A DNA stretch of 64,000 nt from Candidatus Omnitrophota bacterium. Its GTDB lineage: Bacteria > Omnitrophota > Gorgyraeia > Zapsychrales > Zapsychraceae. The notes beneath the pieces were generated by a model. It had not been told where the DNA came from and did no database searches. It worked only from the letters and a program-made list of their open reading frames with translations. Shown piece by piece: positions 29,177 through 38,531 of this stretch (position 1 is its first letter; every line of letters starts with the position of its first letter). Position numbers and translations under genes: made by a program. The stretch covers positions 2,656 through 66,655 of the forward strand of contig JAGQKV010000031.1 in NCBI GenBank assembly GCA_020429915.1, read 5' to 3'.

Positions 29177-30247
29177 ATGATCGCCCTGGTAAAGAAGCTT
29201 TGTTATTTGATAATCGCCGTCCTTGTATGTGCGGCCGTTTTTACGGTTTTGCTGTTGATCGGTCTCAACACGACGCGGTTTTATGAAAAAGTCGTCCCGC
29301 TGGCGGTCGGCTTTTTTTTCGACGGGATAGACGTCAAGGGCGTTTCCGTTCAAACGGCGAAGTTCCGCTATCCGCCCCGAATCGAACTGGGAGGCGTGGC
29401 GCTGGCGTACCGTGAGCGCGGAACGCCGCATCATGTTATTCTCGACCGCGTAGAGGTATCACGCATATTCGATTTTTTCCGGGGAGAACACCCGTTGGTC
29501 GGACAGATCCTGATGCGCGCTTACGAGGATCATGATGCCGACTTTCAGAATATGATTGTGGATTTGACCCTGACCCGAACTGACTCCGGCAGGTACAAAG
29601 TGGACGGCTCCGGGATTGCAGGAAAAATGACAGCCGGCGGCTACCTTTTAGAGGGTATTCATTTTGATATTCGCGGAGGCGATCCGGTATTCGAATTGCG
29701 TATCAAAGAGGCGAATTTCTACGGCGGGAAGCTTAAGGCTGATATTCAGTTTGAAGTAGCCGGCCGTCAACCTTACACGGGGACCATCGTGCTGTTGAAT
29801 ATTCCCACGGCCAACCTGAATCAAGTTTACCGCGATTTGGAGCGGGATGTCCAGGGGGTCGTATCGGGGGATATGTATGTCGTGGGCGACGCCCACTCGA
29901 TGCAAAATCTGGAGGTTAATTTGACGACCCGGCAGGATATGAATATCCGTTCCGGCCTGGTGGGTTGGCTTGTAGTTAACAGCCAGTTGGAAGACTCCCT
30001 GTTCCGGATGATGAAGGAGGAAGTCCGGCGTTACCCGATGATGCAGTATTACGCCGTTGATATGGCCCTGCAAAGCGAGGGCCAGCACCACATTCGAATC
30101 AAGATGAACATGAAAACACGAAAACACACCTTCGTCGTTAATCCCACCATCGATATCCAGTCCGACGGCGATCTGATGACCACTGTCCGTCAGTTGGACT
30201 TTGGACTCAAGCATGGATCATTGGAGAATTTTTATGTCCGGAATTAA
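29177..30247 (+). CDS. membrane-anchored hypothetical protein (possible YdbH/AsmA-like)
   Basis: There is an N-terminal TM anchor. It lies immediately upstream of YnbE- and YdbL-like genes, as in the E. coli ydbH-ynbE-ydbL operon, but it is much shorter than YdbH. Confidence 0.35.
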   Translation: MIALVKKLCYLIIAVLVCAAVFTVLLLIGLNTTRFYEKVVPLAVGFFFDGIDVKGVSVQTAKFRYPPRIELGGVALAYRERGTPHHVILDRVEVSRIFDFFRGEHPLVGQILMRAYEDHDADFQNMIVDLTLTRTDSGRYKVDGSGIAGKMTAGGYLLEGIHFDIRGGDPVFELRIKEANFYGGKLKADIQFEVAGRQPYTGTIVLLNIPTANLNQVYRDLERDVQGVVSGDMYVVGDAHSMQNLEVNLTTRQDMNIRSGLVGWLVVNSQLEDSLFRMMKEEVRRYPMMQYYAVDMALQSEGQHHIRIKMNMKTRKHTFVVNPTIDIQSDGDLMTTVRQLDFGLKHGSLENFYVRN

Positions 30248-30440
30248 TCTGTGGATGTCGCTTGGGCTTATTCTCGGCGCGCTGGCCGGCGGCTGCACGG
30301 TCAAGGCCGTGGGCGATCCGGAACGTCCGATAACCATCAACGCCAATATTAAAATCGATATCCAGGGGCTTGAAAACACGGCCATGAATATTGAGGATTA
30401 TGTCAGCGGAGACAGGCCGGCCGTATCTTCAAAAATGTAG
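30234..30440 (+). CDS. YnbE-family small lipoprotein
   Basis: It has the lipobox LAGGC and a ...PITINANIKIDIQG... core resembling YnbE (EPITINMNVKIEHE). The start could be 30234 or 30255. Confidence 0.55.
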   Translation: MSGINLWMSLGLILGALAGGCTVKAVGDPERPITINANIKIDIQGLENTAMNIEDYVSGDRPAVSSKM

Positions 30441-30456
30441 ACTCAAGGAGATTGCG

Positions 30457-30864
30457 ATGCGTATCACCTTTATTGCCATGACAGCAGTCCTTACCGTGCT
30501 GACGGGTTATGCGCCCGCCGCGCAAGCCAAGGATTATAACATCAAACAGATGACCGCTGAGGTATCGCGGGCCCTGGAAAACCGCCGGCAGCGGTTCGAC
30601 CGTTTGGCCGAACTGAAGTCCAGCGGCGTCATTGGAGAGAACAACAAGGGTTATATTTCCGTGTTGAAGCACGATCCGCAAACCGCGGAAATGGTCAAAG
30701 ACGAAAACAAGGACCGTAAGGTAATCTATCAAACGATAGCCGAACAAAACGGGTTGGCCGACGCTTTGCCGGTGATCGAAGAGGTCTTCGCCCGGGTTCA
30801 GCGTGATAAAGCCGGCCCGGGGGAAAGTGTACAAAAGCCCGACGGAAACTGGATCAAGAAATAA
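30457..30864 (+). CDS. YdbL-like periplasmic protein (DUF1318)
   Basis: It has a signal peptide and the motif ...VKDENKDRKVIYQTIAEQNG... typical of DUF1318/YdbL. There is an AAGGAG RBS. Confidence 0.55.
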   Translation: MRITFIAMTAVLTVLTGYAPAAQAKDYNIKQMTAEVSRALENRRQRFDRLAELKSSGVIGENNKGYISVLKHDPQTAEMVKDENKDRKVIYQTIAEQNGLADALPVIEEVFARVQRDKAGPGESVQKPDGNWIKK

Positions 30865-30879
30865 GAGGCGGGAGCTTCC

Positions 30880-31395
30880 ATGAAATTCAAACCCGAGATC
30901 ATTTATATTCAAAGGCTTCTCAAGGAGACCAAGATCAAAGAGATTATGACCGTGCCTGTCATTAAGATTAACGACAATGACACGGTCAGCCGTGCGCAGG
31001 AATTGTTCGTGGAGCATGGCATTTATTACTTGCCCGTCGTGAACCGGCTCAATGAACTCGTCGGAGTAGTAACGCACAAATACCTGTATAAAACCGTGGC
31101 GCCGCGTAAGAACATGGGGAACGAGATGGCGGGGTATTCGCCGGACGTTGTTTATGACGGGGATTCCTTTTACGAGCGTGATAAGCTCGATCAGTTCAAA
31201 CTCACCAGGATCATGAATCCCAATCCCGTCACCTTGCGGCCGGACGACAGCGTGGCGGAAGCCGTCCTGACCATGACCCGCAAAAACACCGGCTGTATTC
31301 CCATCATCAAGGCGAACCGCAAGATTTGCGGGATCCTCACTCACAAAGACATCGTGGATCTGGCCACGCTGATCCTACTCGAAGAGGTCCAATGA
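30880..31395 (+). CDS. CBS-pair domain protein
   Basis: It has two CBS motifs (IMTVPVIKINDNDTV...; IMNPNPVTLRPDDSV...). Confidence 0.7.
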   Translation: MKFKPEIIYIQRLLKETKIKEIMTVPVIKINDNDTVSRAQELFVEHGIYYLPVVNRLNELVGVVTHKYLYKTVAPRKNMGNEMAGYSPDVVYDGDSFYERDKLDQFKLTRIMNPNPVTLRPDDSVAEAVLTMTRKNTGCIPIIKANRKICGILTHKDIVDLATLILLEEVQ

Positions 31396-32717
31396 CACAA
31401 ACGTTTGAAGACAAGCAGAATATCGAATTCAATGACAAGTTCGCGTTTTGCTATGACCTGCTCGAAAACGACAATTGTAATCTCTTTATAACGGGGAAGG
31501 CCGGCACGGGAAAGTCGACTCTTCTTGAGTATTTTCGCGACCATACCACCAAAAAGGTCGTCTTCCTGGCGCCGACCGGCGTGGCTGCCGTCAACATCAA
31601 GGGCCAGACGATTCATTCTTTTTTCTGTTTCCGGCCGGATACGACACCGGAAAATATCTTCTCGATTCGCCTCCACCGATCGCAGCGCCGTCTCTATGAG
31701 AGCCTTGATGCGGTGGTTATCGATGAGGTATCGATGGTCCGCGCGGATTTGCTCGACTGCATCGATACCTTCCTGAGATTGTACGGCAAGAAAAAAGATC
31801 AGCCGTTCGGGGGCGTGCAGATGATTTTCTTCGGTGATCTCTATCAATTGCCGCCGGTAGTGACCCAACGGGAGCAAAGTCTTTTCCGGGATGTCTATTC
31901 CAGTCCGTTCTTCTTCGACGCGAAATCTTACAAGCATCTGAATTTACGCCTGGTGGAGCTCGAGAAGATTTACCGCCAGTCCGATCAGGAATTTATCAAT
32001 CTGCTGGGCGGTCTGCGCAATCGTACATTTTCCCGCTGGGATATGGTAGAGCTTAACCGCCGGGTTAATCCGGAATTCAAAATTCCCCGGGGGGAATACT
32101 ACATCTCGCTGACCACCACCAATGCCATCGCCGACCGGGTTAATCAGGAGCAACTGGCCAATCTCGACGGAGACGTGTGCGAGCGTGAGGGAGATTTGAT
32201 CGGAGAGTTCAAAGAAAAGGACCTGCCCACGCGGCTGACACTGAAATTGAAGGAAGGCGCGCAGGTGATGATGCTCAACAACGATCCGCAGGGTCGCTGG
32301 GTCAACGGGACTATCGGTAAGATCACTTTTCTGGATGAGGAAGGCTTCGGTGAAGGGAGTGTGGAGGTCAAGATCCAGGGCGGTAATATCGTTGAGGTTA
32401 AGCCGGTCACCTGGGAGATGTTCCGCTTCTTCTTCAACGAAGATACCCAGGGGATCGAATCGGAGGTGGTGGGCTCGTTTTCCCAGCTGCCGCTCAAGCT
32501 AGCCTGGGCGGTAACGATTCACAAGAGCCAGGGTAAGACCTTCGATAAGGTGATCATCGATATCGGCAACGGCACCTTTTCTCACGGCCAAATATACGTG
32601 GCAATGAGTCGTTGCACCACCTTTGAGGGCATCGTATTGCGCAAGCCGATTTATGACCATCACGTCCTGCTCGATCCGCGCGTGGTGGAGTATATGTCAG
32701 CCAATCAGTGCAGTTAG
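31392..32717 (+). CDS. Pif1/RecD-like SF1B ATP-dependent DNA helicase
   Basis: It has a Walker A (GKAGTGKST), DEVSMV (Walker B), and QLPPV and HKSQG motifs typical of the Pif1 family. I chose the start at 31392, overlapping the CBS gene stop. Confidence 0.7.
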   Translation: MTQTFEDKQNIEFNDKFAFCYDLLENDNCNLFITGKAGTGKSTLLEYFRDHTTKKVVFLAPTGVAAVNIKGQTIHSFFCFRPDTTPENIFSIRLHRSQRRLYESLDAVVIDEVSMVRADLLDCIDTFLRLYGKKKDQPFGGVQMIFFGDLYQLPPVVTQREQSLFRDVYSSPFFFDAKSYKHLNLRLVELEKIYRQSDQEFINLLGGLRNRTFSRWDMVELNRRVNPEFKIPRGEYYISLTTTNAIADRVNQEQLANLDGDVCEREGDLIGEFKEKDLPTRLTLKLKEGAQVMMLNNDPQGRWVNGTIGKITFLDEEGFGEGSVEVKIQGGNIVEVKPVTWEMFRFFFNEDTQGIESEVVGSFSQLPLKLAWAVTIHKSQGKTFDKVIIDIGNGTFSHGQIYVAMSRCTTFEGIVLRKPIYDHHVLLDPRVVEYMSANQCS

Positions 32718-32727
32718 GGAATAGGAA

Positions 32728-33300
32728 ATGCAGAGAGTTATCGCCGCGGCTGTTTTGATCGTCCTGATGGCATTGGCTTTTTCCCGAATCGTCCAACATC
32801 AATCGGAAGGTTCCGGGCAAGCCTTACTGAAAGAGAGGGGGGAGGTCAATGTGTATGACGTTGAGCGGGAGCAAACCGTTGTCGCTTACCGTTCAGGCTT
32901 TGCCCCGGAGGTCATGAAAGATAAACTGACTGATTTGGAGTATCATGTCGCCTTCGAGGCCGGGACCGAACGGCCGTTTACCAGTCCGCTCAACAAAAAT
33001 AAGCGGTCGGGTGTTTATAAATCCATCGTCAGCGGCAATGACCTGTTTCACTCCGATCACAAATTTGATTCCGGAACAGGCTGGCCGAGTTTTTACCGTC
33101 CGGTGAATGAAAGCAACATCGAACTGCGTGAAGACAACAGTCTGTTTATGAAGCGTGTCGAGGTGGTGGACGCGGTCAGCGGAGCCCATTTGGGGCATGT
33201 TTTTAAGGACGGGCCGCCGCCGACGGGGCTGCGTTATTGTATCAACGGAGCCGCGCTGAAGTTCGTCGAAGGCGTTCCCTTCAAGGAGCCCCCGCAGTAG
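32728..33300 (+). CDS. msrB: peptide-methionine (R)-S-oxide reductase MsrB with N-terminal signal/TM (exported)
   Basis: It has the SelR domain (GWPSF...RYCINGAAL) with the catalytic Cys. An N-terminal hydrophobic segment (VIAAAVLIVLMALAF) is present. Confidence 0.8.
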   Translation: MQRVIAAAVLIVLMALAFSRIVQHQSEGSGQALLKERGEVNVYDVEREQTVVAYRSGFAPEVMKDKLTDLEYHVAFEAGTERPFTSPLNKNKRSGVYKSIVSGNDLFHSDHKFDSGTGWPSFYRPVNESNIELREDNSLFMKRVEVVDAVSGAHLGHVFKDGPPPTGLRYCINGAALKFVEGVPFKEPPQ

Positions 33301-33325
33301 ATTAACCCATTAGAGGGAGGATGCT

Positions 33326-33883
33326 ATGATTCCGGTTTTGATCGTCATTGCCGTGCTGGCCTTGATTTACTTCATGATGTATAACGGCCTGGTCGGCAAG
33401 AAGAATCAGGTGGAAAATGCCTTTTCCGGTATGGACGTTATGCTCAAGAAGCGTTACGACCTTATCCCCAATCTGGTCGCCGCGGTGAAGCAGTACATGC
33501 AGCATGAGGCGAATACCCTGACCGAGGTGACGGAACTGCGTTCCAAGGCTATGTCCGGAAATTTGTCGAATGACGAGAAGGTCTCCATCGACAACAAGAT
33601 TTCCAAAGCGATAGGCGGCATCATGGTCGCCGTGGAAAATTACCCGGACCTGAAGGCATCCGATAATTTCATGAATTTGCAGCGGTCGTTGAACGAAATC
33701 GAAGAGCAAATCTCGGCCTCCCGGCGGAGCTACAATGCCTCGGTGCTCGATTACAACAACGCCGTGGAGATGATCCCCACCAGCATTGTGGCGTCCATGA
33801 TGGGATATCGCCGTAAAGAAATGTTCGAGATCCCGGACGACCAACGCAGTAACCCGAACGTGGGTGATTTGTTCAGTAAATAG
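33326..33883 (+). CDS. lemA: LemA family protein
   Basis: There is an N-terminal TM and the LemA signature (...NQVENAFSGMDVMLKKRYDLIPNLV....SYNASVLDYNN). Confidence 0.82.
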   Translation: MIPVLIVIAVLALIYFMMYNGLVGKKNQVENAFSGMDVMLKKRYDLIPNLVAAVKQYMQHEANTLTEVTELRSKAMSGNLSNDEKVSIDNKISKAIGGIMVAVENYPDLKASDNFMNLQRSLNEIEEQISASRRSYNASVLDYNNAVEMIPTSIVASMMGYRRKEMFEIPDDQRSNPNVGDLFSK

Positions 33884-33900
33884 CAGCAACTCACTGGCCG

Positions 33901-34851
33901 ATGAAGACTTTAAACGAACTCAGAGAATACTACAACTCCGAGTTGATGCCGGACCTGAAGAAGCTGGAAGGAGTCCGGCTGGCCAATGTCAGGAAAATGG
34001 TCGTCATGATCGGGCCGACATTAGCCGTCGGCGGTCTACTGGCGTTGGTACTGCATGAAATGGAGGACCTCCCCTCTTTTGTCCTGGTGCTGACCGCGGT
34101 TGTGGCGGCCATTATGTACGCGGCGATCGTGCGCGGTTATGTTTCGGACTTTAAGCGGGCGATTATCGAGAAGATCGTCCGCTTTATCGATGAGGGGCTG
34201 GCTTACAATCCCACTGGCTATATCGCGCCGGGCCTCTATAAGGATAGCCGCCTTTTCACCCGCCGGTATGATGTCTATAAAGGCGACGATCATGTTCAGG
34301 GGAAGGTCGGAGCCACCGCCATAGAGTTTTCCGAGTTACATACCCAGTACATTACCCGTGACAGCAAGGGGCGGACACAGCATCATACGATTTTCAAAGG
34401 CTTGTTTTTCGTCGGTGATTTTAATAAGCATTTCAAAGGGCGCACCTTTGTGCTGCCGGACCGCAGCGAGAAACTGTTCGGCAGTCTGAGCAAGGTCTTT
34501 CAGTCTATGAGTATGAGCCGGCCCGAATTGGTTAAGCTGGAGGATCCCGAGTTTGAAAAGTTGTTCGTGGTGTACAGCGACGATCAAATTGAAGCGCGCT
34601 ATATTTTATCCCCGAGTCTGATGCGACGCATAACGGAGTTTAAAAAGAAAGCCGGGCGTACGGTCTCGCTGTCCTTCCTGAACGCCAATGTTTATATTGC
34701 GATTCCCTACTTTAAGAATTTGTTTGAGCCGCGTATTTTTCAAACACTGCTGGACTTCAAGCCCATCCAGGAGTATTTCGAGGATCTGCAACTGGCCGTC
34801 GGGATTGTCGAAGATTTGAATCTAAATACCCGAATTTGGACGAAGGAATAG
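33901..34851 (+). CDS. membrane protein, likely DUF3137-type LemA partner
   Basis: It has two N-terminal TM helices and a soluble domain. Adjacency downstream of lemA is a recurrent pairing. I assign it from memory of the family, not from a motif check. Confidence 0.35.
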   Translation: MKTLNELREYYNSELMPDLKKLEGVRLANVRKMVVMIGPTLAVGGLLALVLHEMEDLPSFVLVLTAVVAAIMYAAIVRGYVSDFKRAIIEKIVRFIDEGLAYNPTGYIAPGLYKDSRLFTRRYDVYKGDDHVQGKVGATAIEFSELHTQYITRDSKGRTQHHTIFKGLFFVGDFNKHFKGRTFVLPDRSEKLFGSLSKVFQSMSMSRPELVKLEDPEFEKLFVVYSDDQIEARYILSPSLMRRITEFKKKAGRTVSLSFLNANVYIAIPYFKNLFEPRIFQTLLDFKPIQEYFEDLQLAVGIVEDLNLNTRIWTKE

Positions 34852-34854
34852 TCC

Positions 34855-35361
34855 ATGGGCCGGATCGAAGTTATCGTCGGAGATATTACCGGGCTGTCCG
34901 TCGATGCCATCGTCAATGCCGCCAATACATCGCTGTTGGGCGGGGGCGGGGTGGACGGCGCAATTCACCGGGCGGCCGGGCCGCGACTGCTTGAAGAATG
35001 CCGCCGACTCGGCGGTTGCGCGGTCGGAGATGCCAAAATTACCGGCGGATATGATCTGCCCAGCAGACATGTGATTCACACGGTCGGGCCGGTCTGGCAC
35101 GGGGGACGGCAGCGTGAGCCGGAGCTGCTGGCGAATTGTTATGCCCGCAGCCTTGCGTTGTGTGCGGAACACGGTCTGGTTTCCGTGGCCTTTCCGTGCA
35201 TCAGTACCGGTGTGTATCGGTATCCCAAGGAAGAGGCCGCCCGCATCGCCATTACCGCCGTCGTTGAACATATATCCCGTCAGAAAGTTCCCGGAAAGGT
35301 GATATTTTGCTGTTTTTCCGACACCGACGGACAACTTTACCGCCAACTCCTGGAAAGGTAG
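34855..35361 (+). CDS. macro domain protein (O-acetyl-ADP-ribose deacetylase, YmdB-like)
   Basis: The sequences [34 protein letters not shown] and ...[13 protein letters not shown] are classic macro-domain motifs. Confidence 0.82.
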   Translation: MGRIEVIVGDITGLSVDAIVNAANTSLLGGGGVDGAIHRAAGPRLLEECRRLGGCAVGDAKITGGYDLPSRHVIHTVGPVWHGGRQREPELLANCYARSLALCAEHGLVSVAFPCISTGVYRYPKEEAARIAITAVVEHISRQKVPGKVIFCCFSDTDGQLYRQLLER

Positions 35362-35365
35362 GTCT

Positions 35366-36844
35366 ATGCCCGAAGACATCTACACCGTATCCGAAATCAA
35401 TACATACATCAAGGGTGTTATCAATGCCGCTTTTCCGCAGCCGTTGTGGATTTGCGGAGAGATTCAGGGATACGACCGCAACAAGGGCAAGAGCCATGTG
35501 TTTTTTGAACTGGTCGAAAAAGACAAGCGATCCGATTCGGTCCTGGCCAAGATCGGTTTGGTGATCTTCTCCAACCGGCGGAGTTATATCGATCAGATCC
35601 TGCGCAAAAGCGAAAACGGTTTTGAGCTGAAAGACGATATCGAGGTCAAGTTTCAGTGCCGTATGGATTTTTATCCGCCGCACGGAGCGATGCGGCTGAT
35701 TGTCGAGACCATTGATGCGACATATACACTCGGCAAACTCGCCCAGCAGCGGCAAAAGATCATCGCGGATTTACGTGAACGGGGATTACTGGATAAGAAT
35801 AAGCAGCTGGCCATTCCCACGGTGCCGCTTAATATCGGTCTGATTACCTCCGATGATTCCGCGGCGTATAATGATTTTATCTCGGAGTTGGCGCGCAGCG
35901 GCTACGGGTTTCGGGTGTATTTGAAGAATTCCAGTATGCAGGGACAACGCACCGAAGGCGACGTGACCCGGGCCATCGCGGCACTGGAGGAGATTCGGGA
36001 GCTGGACGTGATCGTCATTACCCGGGGCGGCGGCTCCATCGCGGATTTGTCCGACTTCGACAATAAACTTATTGCTGAAAAGATCGCTGCCTGCCGGCTG
36101 CCGGTCCTCAGCGGGATCGGGCACGAGATCAATACCACCATTACGGATATGGCAGCGCACACTTTTGCCAAAACGCCCACCGCTATCGCCCAATATCTCG
36201 TTCTGTTGGTGAAGGACTATCTCGGTGAACTCGACACCCGGATGGAGTATATTCTCGGCGAGTCGCAAAAGTTCGTCAGGGAGGAGCGGAGCCGACTAAA
36301 GGACTTGTCGGTTGGACTGCAGCAGGCGACCGGCCATTTTCTTAAGGACTACAACCGTCGGCTCGACGAGTACAGTCACATACTTCGCAAGGCTCCGTTG
36401 ATTTTGCTTAAGGACAGCGTGCGCCGCTTGAAGGACCTGTCCGTTGGGCTGCAACAGTCCACCAATCATTTTCTGAAGAATTACAATCAACGCTTGATCG
36501 AATGCTCTCACAGCCTGACGAAGGCGCCCGGCCGCTTGCTGCGTGACGCGCGTCGACAAATCGGTGATCAGCGGGAACGGCTGATGCGGGTCGCTACCCG
36601 GCGGGTCGATCAGGAGAAGACACGCCTGGGACATTTTACCAAAATTGTGGAGGTGTATCATCCGATCAATACTATGAAACGCGGTTTCAGCATTACCCGC
36701 GACAGCCAGGGGCGTGTCCTGCGTTCAGTAGACGCCGTGAAGGAAGGCGATCAAATCGTCACGCAAGTCGTCGGGGGCGAGTGGGGGAGTCAAGTCAAAA
36801 CCATCAAGAGGGAGAACAGCCGTGACGGAGAACAAGTACAGTAA
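35366..36844 (+). CDS. xseA: exodeoxyribonuclease VII large subunit
   Basis: There is an N-terminal OB fold (VSEINTYIKGVI...LWICGEI) and a catalytic region (IVITRGGGS). It is unusually long (492 aa) because of an in-frame ~42-aa tandem duplication in the C-terminal helical region. Confidence 0.85.
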   Translation: MPEDIYTVSEINTYIKGVINAAFPQPLWICGEIQGYDRNKGKSHVFFELVEKDKRSDSVLAKIGLVIFSNRRSYIDQILRKSENGFELKDDIEVKFQCRMDFYPPHGAMRLIVETIDATYTLGKLAQQRQKIIADLRERGLLDKNKQLAIPTVPLNIGLITSDDSAAYNDFISELARSGYGFRVYLKNSSMQGQRTEGDVTRAIAALEEIRELDVIVITRGGGSIADLSDFDNKLIAEKIAACRLPVLSGIGHEINTTITDMAAHTFAKTPTAIAQYLVLLVKDYLGELDTRMEYILGESQKFVREERSRLKDLSVGLQQATGHFLKDYNRRLDEYSHILRKAPLILLKDSVRRLKDLSVGLQQSTNHFLKNYNQRLIECSHSLTKAPGRLLRDARRQIGDQRERLMRVATRRVDQEKTRLGHFTKIVEVYHPINTMKRGFSITRDSQGRVLRSVDAVKEGDQIVTQVVGGEWGSQVKTIKRENSRDGEQVQ

Positions 36845-37031
36845 GTCTATCGCTAAATTGGAAGAGATTATCAATAAGATCGACAATCAGAAAATCGATG
36901 TCGACGAACTCTCCAGCCAGGTGAAAGAGGCCGCCACTCTGATCAAGGAGTGCAAATCCAAGATTGACAAGGCCGAGCTGGAGGTCAAGAAGGTCGTTGA
37001 GAATTTCAAGGAAGAAGACTCTTCAAAATGA
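36822..37031 (+). CDS. xseB: exodeoxyribonuclease VII small subunit
   Basis: It is a 69-aa helical protein (FEEALEKLEEIV-like: SIAKLEEIINKIDNQKIDVDEL). It overlaps the xseA stop. Confidence 0.78.
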   Translation: MTENKYSKSIAKLEEIINKIDNQKIDVDELSSQVKEAATLIKECKSKIDKAELEVKKVVENFKEEDSSK

Positions 37032-37267
37032 ACGGTCTGACGTCGTCATGGGTGCTGGTGGGCATATTCTTGTGGGGGATGCCCACCGGTTTCGTGCTGA
37101 GTTTCTTGTTGGCCAGTGTCTCTTGGGACGGGGGATTGCACATCAGCGGATGGCAAGCGGAAACGTTTGGCCGGAATTGTCTGGTGTTATTGCCGCTGTT
37201 CGCCGCCGGCGGGGTCGGATTGGGTCTAACCATGGGGAGGATGTGTGAACGGGCCCGACGCCAATAG
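37028..37267 (+). CDS. hypothetical small membrane protein (2 TM)
   Basis: The 79-aa product has two hydrophobic helices and is translationally coupled (ATGA) to xseB. It overlaps the next gene by 23 nt. Confidence 0.25.
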   Translation: MNGLTSSWVLVGIFLWGMPTGFVLSFLLASVSWDGGLHISGWQAETFGRNCLVLLPLFAAGGVGLGLTMGRMCERARRQ

Positions 37268-38516
37268 CGACAACCGGCTGGATAAACTTCTGAAGACGCT
37301 GGGTCCCGGACTCATCTTTGCCGGCACCAGCATCGGGGTGTCGCACATCGTCCAGTCCACGCGCGCGGGCGCTGTCTATGGATTTGGACTGATCCTGGCC
37401 GTTATCCTTGCCAATCTCTTCAAGTATCCGTTCTTTGAATACGGGCCGCGTTACACCGTCGCCACCGGCGAGCATCTGTTGCACGGATATCGCCGTGTCG
37501 GCCGCTGGGCCTTCTACCTGTTTTGCGGTCTGTCGCTGTGTACGATGTTCCCCATTCAGGCGGCCGTCACTTTGGTGACCACGGGATTGCTGGCCAATTT
37601 GTTGAGCTGGCCGTTTCCGCCGGTAGTCCTGAGCGCGGTGCTGCTGACGGTGTGCTGTGTCATTTTACTGGCCGGGCGTTATCCGCTTCTCGACAAGTTG
37701 ATGAAGATCATGATCCTTTTCTTGGGCGTCTCGACAATCACGGCATTTGCGGCCGCGTTGATGCGCGGTCCCGCGGGGGTTCAGGGGGCGGGACAGGTTT
37801 TTTCTTTCGGGGATGAAAGGGACGTCGCTTTCCTGGTTGCGCTTGTCGGGTGGATGCCGACGACTCTGGAGATTTCCGTCTGGCATTCCTTTTGGTGCGC
37901 TGAGAGGATCAAACAAACCGGTCACCGTCCGTCGCTGCGGCACGCGCTGTTCGATTTTCATTTGGGCTATTGGGGGACCATGATCATGGCCCTGTTCTTT
38001 TTGGGGTTGGGGGCGCTGGTCATGTATGCTACCGGAAAGGAATTTTCCGGTTCCGCAGTTACTTTTACCGGCCAGGTCATCGAGTTATACACGGAGGCAT
38101 TGGGCCCGTGGAGCAAGTGGGTTATCGGCGTGGCCGCGGCCACGACGATGTTCAGCACCACTATCTGTTGTCTGGACGCCTTCCCGCGGGTCATCCGGGA
38201 GGTCTGCGTGATGGTGAATCCCGCGCTGGAGGATCGTAAGGAGAAAATCTACCTGGGTGCGATCCTGATAGTGGCGGCTGTCTCCACCGTGATTATCGGA
38301 TGTTTCGTGGGCCGCATGAAGGCCCTGATCGATTTTGCGACCACGTTGGCTTTTTTAGCCACGCCGGTCTTTGCCTACATTAATCTGCGGACCGTTACCG
38401 CGGGGAATGTACCCGTCGCGGCGCAGCCCAACCGGATCGAGATCGCCTTCAGCTGGTTCTGCCTGGCGGTCCTCACCGGGTTCGCACTGCTTTTCGTTTA
38501 CTCACGGTTTTTCTAA
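37245..38516 (+). CDS. NRAMP-like divalent metal cation transporter family protein (GTG start)
   Basis: It has about 11 TM segments and an N-terminal GPGLIFAGTSIGVSHIVQSTRAGAVYGF that resembles the Nramp GPG..DPGN...Q.GA motif region. I am not certain of the assignment. Confidence 0.5.
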   Translation: MNGPDANSDNRLDKLLKTLGPGLIFAGTSIGVSHIVQSTRAGAVYGFGLILAVILANLFKYPFFEYGPRYTVATGEHLLHGYRRVGRWAFYLFCGLSLCTMFPIQAAVTLVTTGLLANLLSWPFPPVVLSAVLLTVCCVILLAGRYPLLDKLMKIMILFLGVSTITAFAAALMRGPAGVQGAGQVFSFGDERDVAFLVALVGWMPTTLEISVWHSFWCAERIKQTGHRPSLRHALFDFHLGYWGTMIMALFFLGLGALVMYATGKEFSGSAVTFTGQVIELYTEALGPWSKWVIGVAAATTMFSTTICCLDAFPRVIREVCVMVNPALEDRKEKIYLGAILIVAAVSTVIIGCFVGRMKALIDFATTLAFLATPVFAYINLRTVTAGNVPVAAQPNRIEIAFSWFCLAVLTGFALLFVYSRFF

Positions 38517-38531
38517 CAACAAGGGGATGGA

